A stretch of 63,576 nt of DNA, the filler included, from Folioceros fuciformis (Eukaryota): assembly GCA_049999805.1 (NCBI GenBank). It is 9 parts of 9 records of this genome, joined end to end, with 100 filler letters (N's around TTAATTAATTAA, not from the genome) between each part and the next. Parts side by side here need not be neighbours in the genome. Positions count along the whole stretch, not along the records: positions 1 to 18,890 come from JBNGIO010001442.1; positions 18,991 to 36,034 come from JBNGIO010001443.1; 7 more parts are not named here. One strand, given 5' to 3'. The position numbers and the translations under genes are program-made. Positions 12,257-24,156 of this stretch are shown here, in pieces; position 1 is the stretch's first letter, and each line of letters opens with the position of its first letter. The notes beneath the pieces were generated by a model that ran no database searches, was not told the origin of the DNA, and saw only the letters and a list, made by a program, of their open reading frames with translations.

Positions 12257-13768
12257 ATGGAGTTGGACCTTGTCCCGGCAGAGAAGAAAAAGCGTAAGCG
12301 CAAACATGTGCAATCAGACGCCCTCGTGAGGCGTGAGGAGGAGGAGGCTGCGCAGTTGCAGGCCTTGCTTTTCGGGAGACTCGAAGATACGGTAGCCGAC
12401 AGGTTGGGCCGAGAGCTTGAAGATGATGAGGAGCTGGCTGTGGTGCAGGACGATGAGAAGGAGGGGCCAGCCAGGAAGCCTGCGTGGGTTGATGAGGAGG
12501 AGGCGCAGTCCTCCGTCGCCATTTCCACTGTCAATAGGCTGAGGAAGCTCAGAAAGGCTGATGGCGAGAGCGTTGTGGCAGGGTCAGAGTACGTTGAGAG
12601 GCTCAGGGTTCAGCACAGGAAGATTAATCCAGACACCGGCTGGGCGGAGCTTCCCTTTCAGAAGGACGAAACGAGGCGAGTTAGGGCTGATGATTCGGAC
12701 GATGGCTCGGAGGTGGACGATAGTGAGCAGCAGGGAAGCGCTGCCCTGGTTTCTCTTAGGGATGATGCTAACCTTGTTGTGCCGAGCAAGTCCAGGTTGC
12801 CGCCGGGGATTATCAGTGTTTCTCGGATGCGGGATGCGAATAGTGAAGAGCCGTCAGGGGGGGTGGTGCAGTCTGTCGAGTTCCATCGGAATGCGCAGAT
12901 TCTGATGACGGCAGGATTTGACAAGAAGATTAGGTTTTTCCAGATCGATGGGAAGAGGAACCCTAAGGTGCAGAGTATTTTCCTGGAGAATTTTCCGGTC
13001 CACAAAGCTGCATTTGTGCCGGATGGATCCAAGGTTGTGGCTAGTGGGAGGCGGAAGTATTTCTACGTGTATGATATGCATGGTGGGAAGGTAGAGAAGG
13101 TTCACCAGTTGGTAGGCCGAGAGGAGAAGAGCTTGGAGTCGTTTGAGGTGTCTCCTGACGGCAAGGTATTGGCGTTTCAAGGGAACGAGGGATACATATT
13201 GCTGACGTCCCTCAGTTCGAGGCAGCTGATTGGGAATATGAAGATGAATGGCAGTGTCAGGGCTATGTCTTTTGCGGCAGATGGTAGGGAGTTGCTGAGT
13301 ATTGGAGAAGATGGAGAGGTCTACACTTGGGACATGAGGACCAGAAGGTGCATTCACAAAGCTCGAGATGAAGGCAATGTGAAAAGCACAGCATTGTGTG
13401 TCTCGCCGGATAGCACGCTCTTTGCCACCGGGTCAGGCAGCGGGGTGGTGAATGTGTATGACAGGAACTCTTTCTTGGGAGGTGATAGAAAACCCAGAAA
13501 GACGCTCATGAATCTTGTCACCAGCATAGACAATGTGAAGTTCAACTGCGACTCTCAGATTTTGGCGATGACTTCGCGAATGAAGAAGGATGCTTTGAGG
13601 CTCGTGCATTTACCTTCTTGCACAGTTTTTTCCAACTGGCCAACATCAAGGACCCCTCTGCAGTATGTCCACGCCTTAGACTTCAGTCCTGGAGGAGGGT
13701 ATATTGCAGCCGGGAATGCTGCAGGCCGAGTGTTGCTGTACAAACTACATTATTACGAGTATGCATAA
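12257..13768 (+). CDS. UTP18: U3 snoRNA-associated protein 18 (SSU processome WD40 protein), intronless CDS
   Basis: Single ORF from the ATG at 12257 with an N-terminal NLS (KKKRKRK). Motifs KPAWVDEE, NRLRKLRK, EYVERLR, SVEFHRNAQILMTAGFD, FQIDGKRNPKVQSIFLE and LVHLPSCTVFSNWP are characteristic of UTP18. Confidence 0.95.
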   Translation: MELDLVPAEKKKRKRKHVQSDALVRREEEEAAQLQALLFGRLEDTVADRLGRELEDDEELAVVQDDEKEGPARKPAWVDEEEAQSSVAISTVNRLRKLRKADGESVVAGSEYVERLRVQHRKINPDTGWAELPFQKDETRRVRADDSDDGSEVDDSEQQGSAALVSLRDDANLVVPSKSRLPPGIISVSRMRDANSEEPSGGVVQSVEFHRNAQILMTAGFDKKIRFFQIDGKRNPKVQSIFLENFPVHKAAFVPDGSKVVASGRRKYFYVYDMHGGKVEKVHQLVGREEKSLESFEVSPDGKVLAFQGNEGYILLTSLSSRQLIGNMKMNGSVRAMSFAADGRELLSIGEDGEVYTWDMRTRRCIHKARDEGNVKSTALCVSPDSTLFATGSGSGVVNVYDRNSFLGGDRKPRKTLMNLVTSIDNVKFNCDSQILAMTSRMKKDALRLVHLPSCTVFSNWPTSRTPLQYVHALDFSPGGGYIAAGNAAGRVLLYKLHYYEYA

Positions 13769-14105
13769 TGGATTAAAATTCTGTTTTCGATGCACTGTCA
13801 TTCCATCGTTCCGAAATGAGGACTGACAGAGCGCGGTTATGTCCAACAGTATTTTGATTGGTTGTCCTGATCACGGAACTCCGACCATGTCTGCGTTTCC
13901 TCCCTCTTCGTTTTTTTGGGATGCAGTGACACGGCCGATGAAGGCGGGTGCAATTCTCAAACTTTTTGCCAGCTGAGACAGAAAGGCAAATATTGCACCC
14001 TCATTTTCACCAGTCACACTCTGAACTCGAAAGCACTATACTGCGGTAAAATCAAAGAGACGTAAAATACGATACAAAGACGAATACAGATGAACTGAAA
14101 GTGAA

Positions 14106-14906
14106 TCATAGAACGCTGGAGACAGCAGGATCTCCATTTCCAGAGCCTCTTTCAGCACCTTCATCAAATCCTACTACTTCCTGCACGGACAGCAGGAGGG
14201 CAGCAGTAACCGGATACCCTACACCATGTCTCTTGGAGGGGAACAAGATGATAATGATACAGACCACGAAGCCCGTCAGAGGCGGCACTAGGTTGGCTAC
14301 CAAGTTGGAGGTGCGGTCTACCAGGTCAGGGTAGAAACAGTACCTCACATCTGGGGAGAAGATGGTAGAGGTGTAGAACACCAAGACGGACAGAAAGGTG
14401 TGGAAAACGTCAATCCATTCCAGCTTGAAGTTGTCCGAAGTGGCATAATTTTTGTCCAGCTGTGGGGTCCAGAGGCCAAACCAGGTCACAAAACCATAGT
14501 GAACTTTGCCGCCCTTTGTGGTGAAAGAGTCGGTGAGGGAAGACAGGAGGCAGAGAAGACCGCACAAGATGAGCAAGCTCAGCGTGAGATATGTATCCAA
14601 GTCTGTCTCGCAGCTCCCACTGTTGGAGACGATGGGTACCAAAACCTGAAAGAAGAGGAAGGTGCCGGTGGGAAGCAGGTTGGCAAGCCTGGCGGCCGAC
14701 CGCAAGGCTGCGTTGAGCACTCTGACAACAAAATTGTTGTCGTCGAAGTCGTCTGATTCATCACCCACATCAATGCTGGGTTGCGTCGCTGTTTCCGTGA
14801 GCAGCGGCTGCTTCAGGCTGGGCCCTGCAGGATCTCCTACAACCTGATTATTGCTGGCCCGTAAGGCTCCCAGTTTCGCGAGGTCCGCGGGTGTGGTTGC
14901 TGACAT
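14106..14906 (-). CDS. DMP: DMP (DUF679) membrane protein
   Basis: DUF679 motifs LANLLPTGT, TDSF...GKVHYGFVTWFGLW, DVFHTFLSVLVF, CFYP and FPSKRHGVGYP, with four hydrophobic segments. An acceptor (ttgcag) at 14959 implies an upstream intron. Confidence 0.93.
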   Translation of the reverse strand: MSATTPADLAKLGALRASNNQVVGDPAGPSLKQPLLTETATQPSIDVGDESDDFDDNNFVVRVLNAALRSAARLANLLPTGTFLFFQVLVPIVSNSGSCETDLDTYLTLSLLILCGLLCLLSSLTDSFTTKGGKVHYGFVTWFGLWTPQLDKNYATSDNFKLEWIDVFHTFLSVLVFYTSTIFSPDVRYCFYPDLVDRTSNLVANLVPPLTGFVVCIIIILFPSKRHGVGYPVTAALLLSVQEVVGFDEGAERGSGNGDPAVSSVL

Positions 14907-15041
14907 GGCTGCCAGCTTGGCTCCGATCAGAATCCCAAATGTGAAGTGCTCTCTCGACCTGCAAGCAGACTGTCCTGTCCATGGTTTAGTATGAACGTGA
15001 GCGTTCCATCACCAGTTCAACTTGAAATTGAGAGGAGTACT

Positions 15042-15205
15042 AGACATTCTGGATCCCGGACACTTCATCCCAAGCTCTGGACACTTCATCCCCAAGATCT
15101 GGACATTTCATCCCCAAGATCTGCACACTTCATCCCCGAGCTCTGGACACTTCATCCCCAATCTCTGGTGACTTCCTCCTCAATCTCGGGATACGTCATC
15201 CCTAA
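15042..15205 (-). repeat. Minisatellite, 21-22-bp unit (plus strand GGACACTTCATCCC(C)AAGMTCT), ~6-7 copies
   Basis: ggacacttcatcccaagctct / ggacacttcatccccaagatct / gcacacttcatccccgagctct. The reverse-complement core GGGATGAAGTG matches the 11.3-11.7 kb array. Confidence 0.9.
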
Positions 15206-16785
15206 TCTGAAGTCATACTCAGGAACATCAAAGCAGGATATACTCAACAGACACTTCGCCACCACAGCTCCACTTTCCAAACTTGAGACGGAGCGTGTCC
15301 CAGCAAACAACAAACAGTCATCACTGAAAAGGTGTGCAGCAAACCTGAGATTTTGTACCGAATCCAAAGAAGCTGTTTCCTCTTCCACCACGAGAGTTCA
15401 CTATGTGCGGCTTCAAGGAGCGAATAAGGCCAGTTCAGCAGAGGACCTGTAGCCTATCGGAGCTGCACAGTCACATCCCCGCAGTAGAGCACACTGCCAA
15501 GCGCTCACTGGATTCACGTATGTATGTATGAGCGAAATATACCGACTGCGATTCGAGGCACAATCCTCGGACTGCAGCCTGCGTGGGAGAGACGGAGCCA
15601 GCAAATGGCAGATGACCTGGTTCGTCAAAGGCCGCCACTTGCACCTTCCGTGCTCGTCGGAAATCGTATGGACGAGCCTTGCCTCCCGATGCAAAAGGTA
15701 ACGGCGGGGAGAGACGGAGTCTTCCCATTATAAAACAGAAGTGATAGAGCGGCGCGCACGTTGCAGCTTTTTGTAGGCGGAAGCGCTGAGGGTCGTTTGA
15801 CGGTGTCACACTTCTCACACTGTTTAGACGAGTGTGATCAGGTCACAGTATGTACAGTACCTGTACTGTACATCGCTGTAGCCGACTTTCTGAGCATTCG
15901 CGCGCCAGACCGTTTTCAAATTCTGACATTGTCTTTCCGACAAATGCCGTTTGATTGTCCAGGTTTTGGCAAGTGGATCTGCCACTGAATGCACTATGTA
16001 TGCTGCTCAGGCCGGGTTTACACTAGGGTGGTCATGACCACCTACCCTGTCAGGAAATGGAGAGGCGGGATTGGGTGGTGAGTGTAAACCTTTGTCGCCC
16101 ACTAGACTCCAGCAATTCCTCATGCAAAGCCACTGCTGCAAGTAGATAAGAATGTCCGCAGGGAAGACAACAAATCTGGAGAGCACACAACACACTCAGA
16201 GCTAATAAAATCTTCTCTCTGCGGCCATTCTGCCAATTCCGTGTCCTCGCGGCTATCCACGCCCATCACTGCAGGAATTTGGAGAGCCATCTCACGCTCC
16301 TCCCCTTCCATGTAGGGGCTTTCTCGACGTTGTGGCCTCAACTCTAAATTGGTCTACCAGCGAGAATAATTGTCAAGGTAGCGGGGATGAGCAGAATTGA
16401 GTGGCAAGCTCGTTCACAACTTGTGATTACGGGATTATAACAATTTTACCATGAAAAGGTGCTGTAAAGACTAGATGTAAATACCTGACCATGCACCGTG
16501 ATGCCAGGAACGGGATGTCAGAAAATAGAGTTCGATCGGTCAAGTGTACAACCACATCTCTATAAAATCCTCGTCACCATGTGTCAGAGTCGTAACGGGC
16601 CGGTAAGCAATGCTTCGTGGCACTGACAGCCCGGTCATAGTGTAAACCCGCCCTGAGCGTCTCTCTGAACATTTGCATTTGGTGCTGCAGTTGGATGTAA
16701 TTCTGGTAGGGCTGATTGCGAGCTAATCTTGTTGCTCCGTTGTGACCCAGAAAATCCCGCGTTAGGCTGGAAAAGGGTTTGATTC

Positions 16786-18047
16786 ATGTCTGTCGAAGGT
16801 GGAGTGCAGTGTAGCAGGAAGGAATTGAGACTCTCTTGTGTTGCGCTCACTTTACTTCCGACAGGAGAAATGGAGGAAGCGGTGCTGCTAGCAGCTGCTG
16901 TAGAGAGGGGGGAGAAAGTTCCATTCGTGCCCCTGGAGGTGAGTCATGCTTCCGCACTTACGTTGCCTTTGTGTGAAGTGGTGAGGGATAGGTAGGGCAT
17001 GGTAATGAGCGGAGGAATTCCGGTGACTGCAAGGTTTGGTGAGGATAGGATACATCTCATTGTTGTTGACAGACTCCAGCGGGAAAGAGGCGTGCCATGG
17101 AAAGAAGAATTGAAGCCGCAGGACTTCGCACTGAGTTGGCGCATATCACAGTGGATCTTGCTAATTCCAGTCCGAGTAAGGAGGCTTCGTGCGGCGGTCC
17201 TGGTATGATAAGCACGCCATTCTTTACACCTTCGTGTTTCCAAACCCCAGGACCGGCTTCCACTGAGTACAAAACTCCAACAGCACAGTTACATACGGCA
17301 GACTCGGCTTCATCAGAGACAAAGGGTTATAGGATGTCAGGAATGCTTTTGGATGGTCTGAGGATCCCGTCTTTCTGTGATTCTCCGATGGCTGCTCTTG
17401 CATCAAGCTCTGCGCGATGTGCTGATCATGTCCAGATGTCTGAAGCTGAAGCGGGGGAGCTCCAACTAGAACCCGACACTCATGTTTGTGAACCTGCAGT
17501 AGGCAGTGATGGTGACATTGAACTTGAAACTGGTGATGTGTCCGAACGGGAAGGGCTTGGTCAGGGACGGGGGGAGGAGCTCTCCTCACCTAGGGATGGA
17601 GATCATATCTCGGATGAGCAGGACAGTCCGAAGAAGAAGCGGAAACGGACACAGGAGGTGCACAGCGCGAACAACGATCATACAAATGACTTCCACACCA
17701 TGGTAGCAGCAGCGCAGGAGGAGGCATCTGGGGCGGCGAGTCCGTCATATGAAGAAAATGAGGGTGCGGATGATGAGCGACGAGAAGAGTCCTTGCAAAC
17801 CCCGAATTCCAAAAGCAGGGCTATGACGTCCGCGAGGAATCGGTTGCACATGTTCGAACACGAAGCCTTGCCGCATCAGCAGGATTACGCAGACGACGAA
17901 ATATTTGCTATGACGTCACATCCTGGTGGCGAGTTATCTGCTCTGGAAAGACTGAACAGCGTGTTGATAACGTTCAACGAGAGGTGGACAAGAAGAGCCT
18001 GGATTATGGGCAGAGCCGTTTCATTTGGACATTCAAGGTGGAACTAG
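16786..18047 (+). CDS. Uncharacterized, acidic/disordered, probably nuclear protein (spliced; ends uncertain)
   Basis: Putative small exons (acceptor at 16863; donor GAG|GTGAGT at ~16938) splice in frame to a 316-aa ORF (17097-18047) with an NLS-like SPKKKRKR. No family recognised. Confidence 0.5.
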
Positions 18048-18890
18048 TCTAGACTACTTGATGCTGAGTATGCCCTTAGCCAGAAGCAGAAACGGAAACG
18101 AACGGGAATACTGTATGAGTTTCACTTAGCAAGACTGAACTGATTCAGATTAGCCACCTACTTCTGAGGACAGTGTTCCCGAAAGCTAGAGGGCAATTCG
18201 TGTCAAAGTGCACAATATATCTGGGGGTACCTGGGATCTTTGGCCCATTTTGTTGGCTGGGATTATGGTGCATCTTTTGCTCGCGCCATAACGTTTCTTT
18301 TATGTATGTTGGGAATACACACGAGGACCAATCGTGCGCGCTGTACCCAAGGTCATTGAGGAGCTTGAAAGTGCATCATTTTTCTGTACTCACATTCTGG
18401 AATGTGATATTTTGGAAATGGTGGTCATCGTAATGCCTGTGGAAAACTGCAAAGGATTCCTGTGGGAATCATAAATTAGGTGGGCCAACGAGCTGCGGCC
18501 ATTGGGCCTTGTTCTGCGTAAGCTCTCATCTCTTCCATGGATGGCCAAAGCCAACGAGAATAGCGAATGCAGCTCGACTGCATATGCTAATGTCAGCCAA
18601 TTCGGAGGGTGGCTTACTAATGCTACCCGGAGGATTTCCAGCCACGTCGTACAAAAGACAATGAACATTAATGGTTTACGGCCGGGTTAAGCACTCCGGG
18701 TCGGAGGTTTTTAGGTACACTTGGAGTTCTCCGACCCAAAGTACCCGCCATGCTGGTTGGCGCCGTCTGAAATAACGGAACGGCGTTATATGCAATCCGG
18801 GTTGGATGTCATATGGGACCAAGAATCACCCGTTTTTTTTCCATTTCCATGACCGCTGCAAGTTGCCCTCTTTACATGAATCGTTCTAGC

Positions 18891-18990
18891 NNNNNNNNNN
18901 NNNNNNNNNNNNNNNNNNNNNNNNNNNNNNNNNNTTAATTAATTAANNNNNNNNNNNNNNNNNNNNNNNNNNNNNNNNNNNNNNNNNNNN
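18891..18990. other. Artificial contig linker (N44-TTAATTAATTAA-N44; stops in all six frames)
   Basis: Identical 100-nt spacers also at ~36035-36134, 46619-46718, 52577-52676, 54328-54427, 55985-56084, 59887-59986 and 61341-61440. Confidence 0.98.
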
Positions 18991-19062
18991 GCCCTGCGCT
19001 GCCCTGCCCGGCCCTGCGCTGCCCTGCCCTGCCCTGCCGGGCCCTGCCCGGCCCTTCCTGCC
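18991..19062. repeat. (GCCCT/GCCCG)n pentamer repeat at a contig start
   Basis: Reverse complement of the repeat family at 1-182. Confidence 0.85.
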
Positions 19063-19417
19063 CGGAGTACGAAAAGGGTGTATGCATACGTAGAAGCCGT
19101 GGGGCTCACTCACTCACTCACATACACTTCACTGTTGTACTGTACTGGTGGTATGTATGGTATGGTATGGTATGGTATGGTATGTTTGTGTGAATGAATG
19201 AACGGCTTGGTGGGCCCGGGGCGGGGGGGAAATCTGACCCACGTGACCCCGTCCCGGGGCGGCCAATGAGATGTGGGCGCGAGATTGGTGAGGTGGCCGT
19301 GTCGGACGCGTCCCGCGACAACCGCCCGCGCGTGCTGTGTGCACGCTCGGTCCAGTCCGCTGGTCGGCCATGCTTTGGGGGCCAGGACCAGGGCCAGCAT
19401 CCCTGCACAAGCTGCTG

Positions 19418-19451
<34 letters not shown>

Positions 19452-21817
19452 CAAAACTGCTGCCAGCCTCCCGTTCCAGGCCGGCCCTACGCTGCGGGCT
19501 AACGTTAGGATTCCATCTCTTTCACCTTAATCCCAGGTAATGTAATGGGGACAGTGGTGTTGATGTGTCGTCCGTGAAAGGGACCTTGTCTCTTTATCTA
19601 CGTAAGCGCACACCAGGCTAAGCTTAGCTAAGCCAAGCTAAGCTAAGTTGAACATGGTGGGAATAAGTTTGATGGACCTCTTGAGGAATATGTGGTGAAT
19701 ATTCAGGCAATTGACACAAAAAAGGAGATTCTTGAAAACTGGGAAGGAAGCTTTCCACATGATCAACAAAATCATGAGGAACAGGAATTTGATTTGCTTG
19801 CAGATATTTTTGTGGGTGCAGATTAACAACTCTGTCAACGTTGAAGATGATGGGCTTGTGTTAGATGACCAAAAACGCTGGAGCGTGAAGCAGCAGCATT
19901 GAAGCATGAGACGTGAAGTTGTTCAATATGCAATAACCTGTGGTGGGTGGGTACTAGCAGCTAAGCTGATAATAATCCGGGCATTAGGTTACCGAACAAA
20001 AGGTGGTGAGGGGGAGAGTGTGAGGCCCGAAGGGGAGGGTGACAGGGGAGAAGGTAAGGCAAGGCCAGGCCTGGCCTGGCCTGTTGTGGGATTAGGTGGT
20101 TTTTGTCGGGACGCGGGTGGAGAAGAAGAGACCCTCGAGGAAAGGAGAGGAGAAATACTGGTGGGCAGGCCATGGGAGGAGAGGGCAAGCCAGGCCAGGC
20201 AGGCCAGACCCCGCGCGGAGAGCCAAGGACGCCGATGATGGCAGGATGATGCGTGATGGGGCGTGCACCTGCTGGCATGCATGGTTATGGGTTGAGGCCC
20301 ACGTGGCCCAGCCTTTTTTTTTTGGGTGCTGCCAGCCCGCCCGTACGGCCTCTGCCTCGGGATAGATCCAATGGGAAACCCCACCGGAATTCACTCCGCT
20401 TCAGCAGGGGACTGGACTGGACTGGTTCGATGAGAGGCTGGGAGCCCAGCCCAGGTTCAGTCTGCATTCTACTCTACTCTAAATGCAAAGTGGACCGTTC
20501 GGGCTGGGCTATGCTGTCGTTGCTGCCACTGGTGTGAAGAGGGCGTCACTCGCCTTGGCCCGCGGAATCTATCCCTTCTGCTGCACAGGAAGGAGTGACT
20601 CGTCGGCCGAGGAGGGAGTGCGTCATCCCGAGGAAAAGGAGAGTTGAATAACGCGGGCCTCTCAGAGTAATGGCTCTTTAGGGAGGACGGGAGGGGAAAT
20701 CTGCTTAGAGTTTCGGGTCGAGGAGGCGAAGGCGAAGGCGAAGGAGGGAGAGGAAGAAGAGTATTGGAGTATCTACTCGCTTCTGCTGCTGCTACGTGAC
20801 AAAGATGTAAAGGTACATACAGACGTACCCAGCCCACGGGGTGAGGAATTTTAAGGCACGGGAGGGATGGTTCCTGGAAAGGAAGGAGAGCAGGGACGAA
20901 GAGTTTGGTGGGGAACTGGGGAGGTGGAAGGGGGAAGCCAGGAGATGGAGGTTCGAACTTGGCACGGATCGTGGACTGAGTTTGGAGGATAGGGTATCCG
21001 GGGGCGGAGGCGGGGGAAGAGGCTGGAGGCCTGTGGCCTGGCCTGGGGCTCAAGTTAATTTGGAACCGTTCCGTTAAACGGGAGACAAAGTACGGGGCGG
21101 GATGATGAGCTTCATGATGTAGATGCTCGCTCCGAGCTAGGGTTTAGGAGAGTAGGTGGAGGTGGCCATAAAGGAAAAGTGGGGACACCAAGGGAATCTG
21201 GAGGTTATGGGGTAATGGGCATGGCCCATGGAATGCCCTTATTTTTTAATGGGCCCGCCTTCTGCTTGACCGGGACGCCCTGCCCTCTCTTCCCTTCCCT
21301 TTGACCTGATATGAACCGCCAGCGGGCAGCGGGCAGCGAGTTAACTGCTGCTGCCCGCCCGGCAGCTGCGTGGAGGGTTGAGGCGCCGGATCGAGATCTC
21401 CGGGGCAGGCAAATCGCGGGCAGGGCGGAGGATTGTGGCCCCATTGGAGGATCGCCAAGGGGGACCGGGCACGCGCCACTCCTGATCCTCCTCCTCCTGC
21501 TCCTGCCCCCTGCACGCTCCGCCATCGCCACTGAGCTAACCAACCCTACTGTGGTTCCCCGCGCGCCAGGCTTTTCGGGACGGTAATGGCGGGAGGAATT
21601 TCGGCTTTTGGCGGCCATGCCGCCCCTGCTTGCCTGAATTACTGCCTGCGCCTTTTCCAAGCCGGCAAGTGGTGTTATTAGAGGCCAAGCGGCGGATCTC
21701 TCACACTCGTGTCTGGATGTCTGTGCGGGAACGAACCACTTGGAGGGAAGGGTTTGAGGGAAAGGGAAAGGGAGGGGAAGGAGGTGGAGCGGAGGGAGGC
21801 ACTCTGTCAGTCATCCA

Positions 21818-21888
21818 TGGCACTGGCACTGGCACTGGGACGGGGACGGGGACGGGGACCGGGTCGGGGTCGGGGTCGGGGTCGGGTC
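21818..21888. repeat. Compound hexamer microsatellite (TGGCAC)n(GGGGAC)n(GGGGTC)n
   Basis: Read directly from the sequence; the unit changes stepwise along the array. Confidence 0.85.
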
Positions 21889-23255
21889 GTCGGCCAGGTG
21901 ATGAAAGCGGACGCGGGCGATGGCGGAAGCCAATGCCCTGAGAGGGAGGAGAAAGGAAAGGAAAGCGAAGGAACTGTTCCCGAAAATCGCGAGATGCAAT
22001 ATGGCTGGTTGTGTGTGCTGCGTGCAGTGATCGGGCAATCCCAGCCCGCCACAAGATCGACCCAGGGCCCTCCTTCACGTGGCTTTGGATCTGTTCCGCC
22101 CAAGTACAAATATCTGATGCGATTAACCACCCCCTGCCTGCGCTCCCTTCCTTCCTTCCTGCTGCCTGTGAGCAGCTCATCCAGCCGCTCGAAGCCCCGC
22201 CCTCCCATTGGCCCCTACTCTTCCTCCTACATGTGACTCACAACGTCACCCTCTCCTCCCGCCCTTGCTCCTGCTGGCGCCCGCCTCCCGGTATCCCGCA
22301 ATTCACACAATGACGCGCCATCGCTGCCATTGCTGTGCGCTTGCGTCCTTGCCTGCTTCCGTGAGCGTCGTTCATAAGAGGAATAACAAGTTGGATGATG
22401 CATCACAGTGAGGAGTCCATTCGTCGTCCCACGCCCTGCGATTGGTGTAACCAAAGTGTGTGCACCTCAGAATGACATACCTACCTGCCTACTTGATGTC
22501 GGACTCCCTCCCTGAGACTTCTCTTACCGACTCGACCCCACCTTGCCTTGACGGTGTTGCTCCCTTCCTCATTTCCTTGCGTCCATCCGTACCCACCATG
22601 GAGCCGTCGAGCATGGCGGTGCTGGATGCCGATTATGTGAAGTATCTACCGACGGGTTTTTAAGGGTGGTTTCAATCCCGTCTGGATTCTTTGTTCTTGT
22701 GAAGGAGACCAGATCGTTTTGTAATCAATCCGTCCTAGCTAGCACCAAGGCTTGTGACAAAGAAGAGGGAGCCCAGAGGGGCCCAGAGGGCTGGCCAGGG
22801 TGACGGAACTAGACCACTCCTGGGACTCCTGCACACACGCACAAGACGAGACAGAGTCACACACGCAGTGTCGGGTGGGCGGGTGTGCGCCTGGTCCCAT
22901 GGGAGGAGGAGTGTACGGCCCCACCCGGCCCGGGGCCAACCCCGGTGGCCGGTGCTCCGCCTTGCTACAAGTTCTCTCTCTAGGTTTTTCTCTGTCGTGC
23001 TCTGTCAGCCATGGCCCATGACTCATCATTGCACTTGCTGGTAGTAGCTGGGGCGTGTCGGGGATGGGGGTCATGTCTGCCGGCCATGCGTGCATGCGAC
23101 CCCGCGCGTGCTCATTGGCGGACGCGCTTGTCGGCCATGCCATCATGCCGTGGTAAAGACGCACGAGGTAGAAGTAAAATCGACGCTTTTACCCCACGGG
23201 GGGATGTTGTGTCACCGGTACAGCAACGGGTACGTATGCCGGGAGCGGGCTATGA

Positions 23256-23365
23256 AGGAGAGGAGAGCAGAGCAGAGGAGAGGAGAGTGGAGTGAGGAGA
23301 GGAGATCAGAGCAGAGGAGAGGAGAGTGGAGTGAGGAGAGGAGAGCAGAGCAGAGCCGAGCCGAG
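23256..23365. repeat. GA-rich tandem repeat (~38-bp unit built from GAGCA/GAGGA pentamers)
   Basis: cagagcagaggagaggagagtggagtgaggagaggag occurs twice, plus partial copies. Confidence 0.8.
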
Positions 23366-24156
23366 CTGAGTGCACAAGCAACAGCCAGAGGCTCTCTGGG
23401 GCCCTGTCATTCCCCTACGCTTCCTTTCCCTGTGCCTTCCTTGTGCGCTTTAGTGGCGCAGTGTGTGTCCGCCTGTCGCCTGCCCGCGCAGCCTGGGAAG
23501 GTGCGGATGCGGGAGTGTGGGATCCGATCATGGCATCCGCCTGGCGCCGTGGATTTGCTGAGGTGTTACACCAAATCTCCCACCTCCCCGAGCCTTAACA
23601 CTCCCTCTCCTGCCTGGGCTGCAATTGGATGTCCTGGCCATGTCGCCCTGCCGTCACCTTTGACGTGGGGGGGGGCGTGGGCGCCAGCATCGCCTTCTCC
23701 AGGACTTCCTCCTCCTTTCCCCTCTCGCCATTCGCTCTTCTCCTCCACTACCTCGCCGCTCTCGTCTTCCGGTCCTCTGCTTTTCCTGCTTACCTTCCTC
23801 CTCGCTGCCCGCCGCTGCCCCTCTTGCCGCGCTACCTGTTTCTGCTTGCTTCCCGCGGGCAATCAGCGGATGCCCGGAAGCTATGGTGTACTCCAGATAC
23901 AGAGATTTCAAATTCCGGTTCTGGCTCCTGCAGGATTGAATCGGGTGCGGAGGATTCCGGAGTCAGGAGGAGGGAGGAGTTTAGTCACTGCTTGGATTGG
24001 GACAATCTGTTGCAGGGAGTGGAGAGTAGAATGCGGGGTCGTGGAGAGGAAGAGGATGTGAGCTGAGCTGAGCCCAGCTGAGCCCACTTGAGGTGTTGGG
24101 TTCTTGGGATTCCGGGTCGAGCCATGTGCGGCCGGCTGGTGCGGGAGGGAATTTAG

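Noticed and set aside
16120-16341. Short minus-strand ORF (MEGEEREMALQ...)
   Set aside because: Only ~45-70 aa with no family motif; cannot be told apart from chance without expression data.
18935-18946. Recurrent palindrome TTAATTAATTAA
   Set aside because: Always centred in 100-nt N blocks; an artificial six-frame-stop linker.
23090-24061. 323-aa plus-strand ORF upstream of the bHLH
   Set aside because: Runs through microsatellites and pyrimidine-rich leader sequence, with no protein-like composition.
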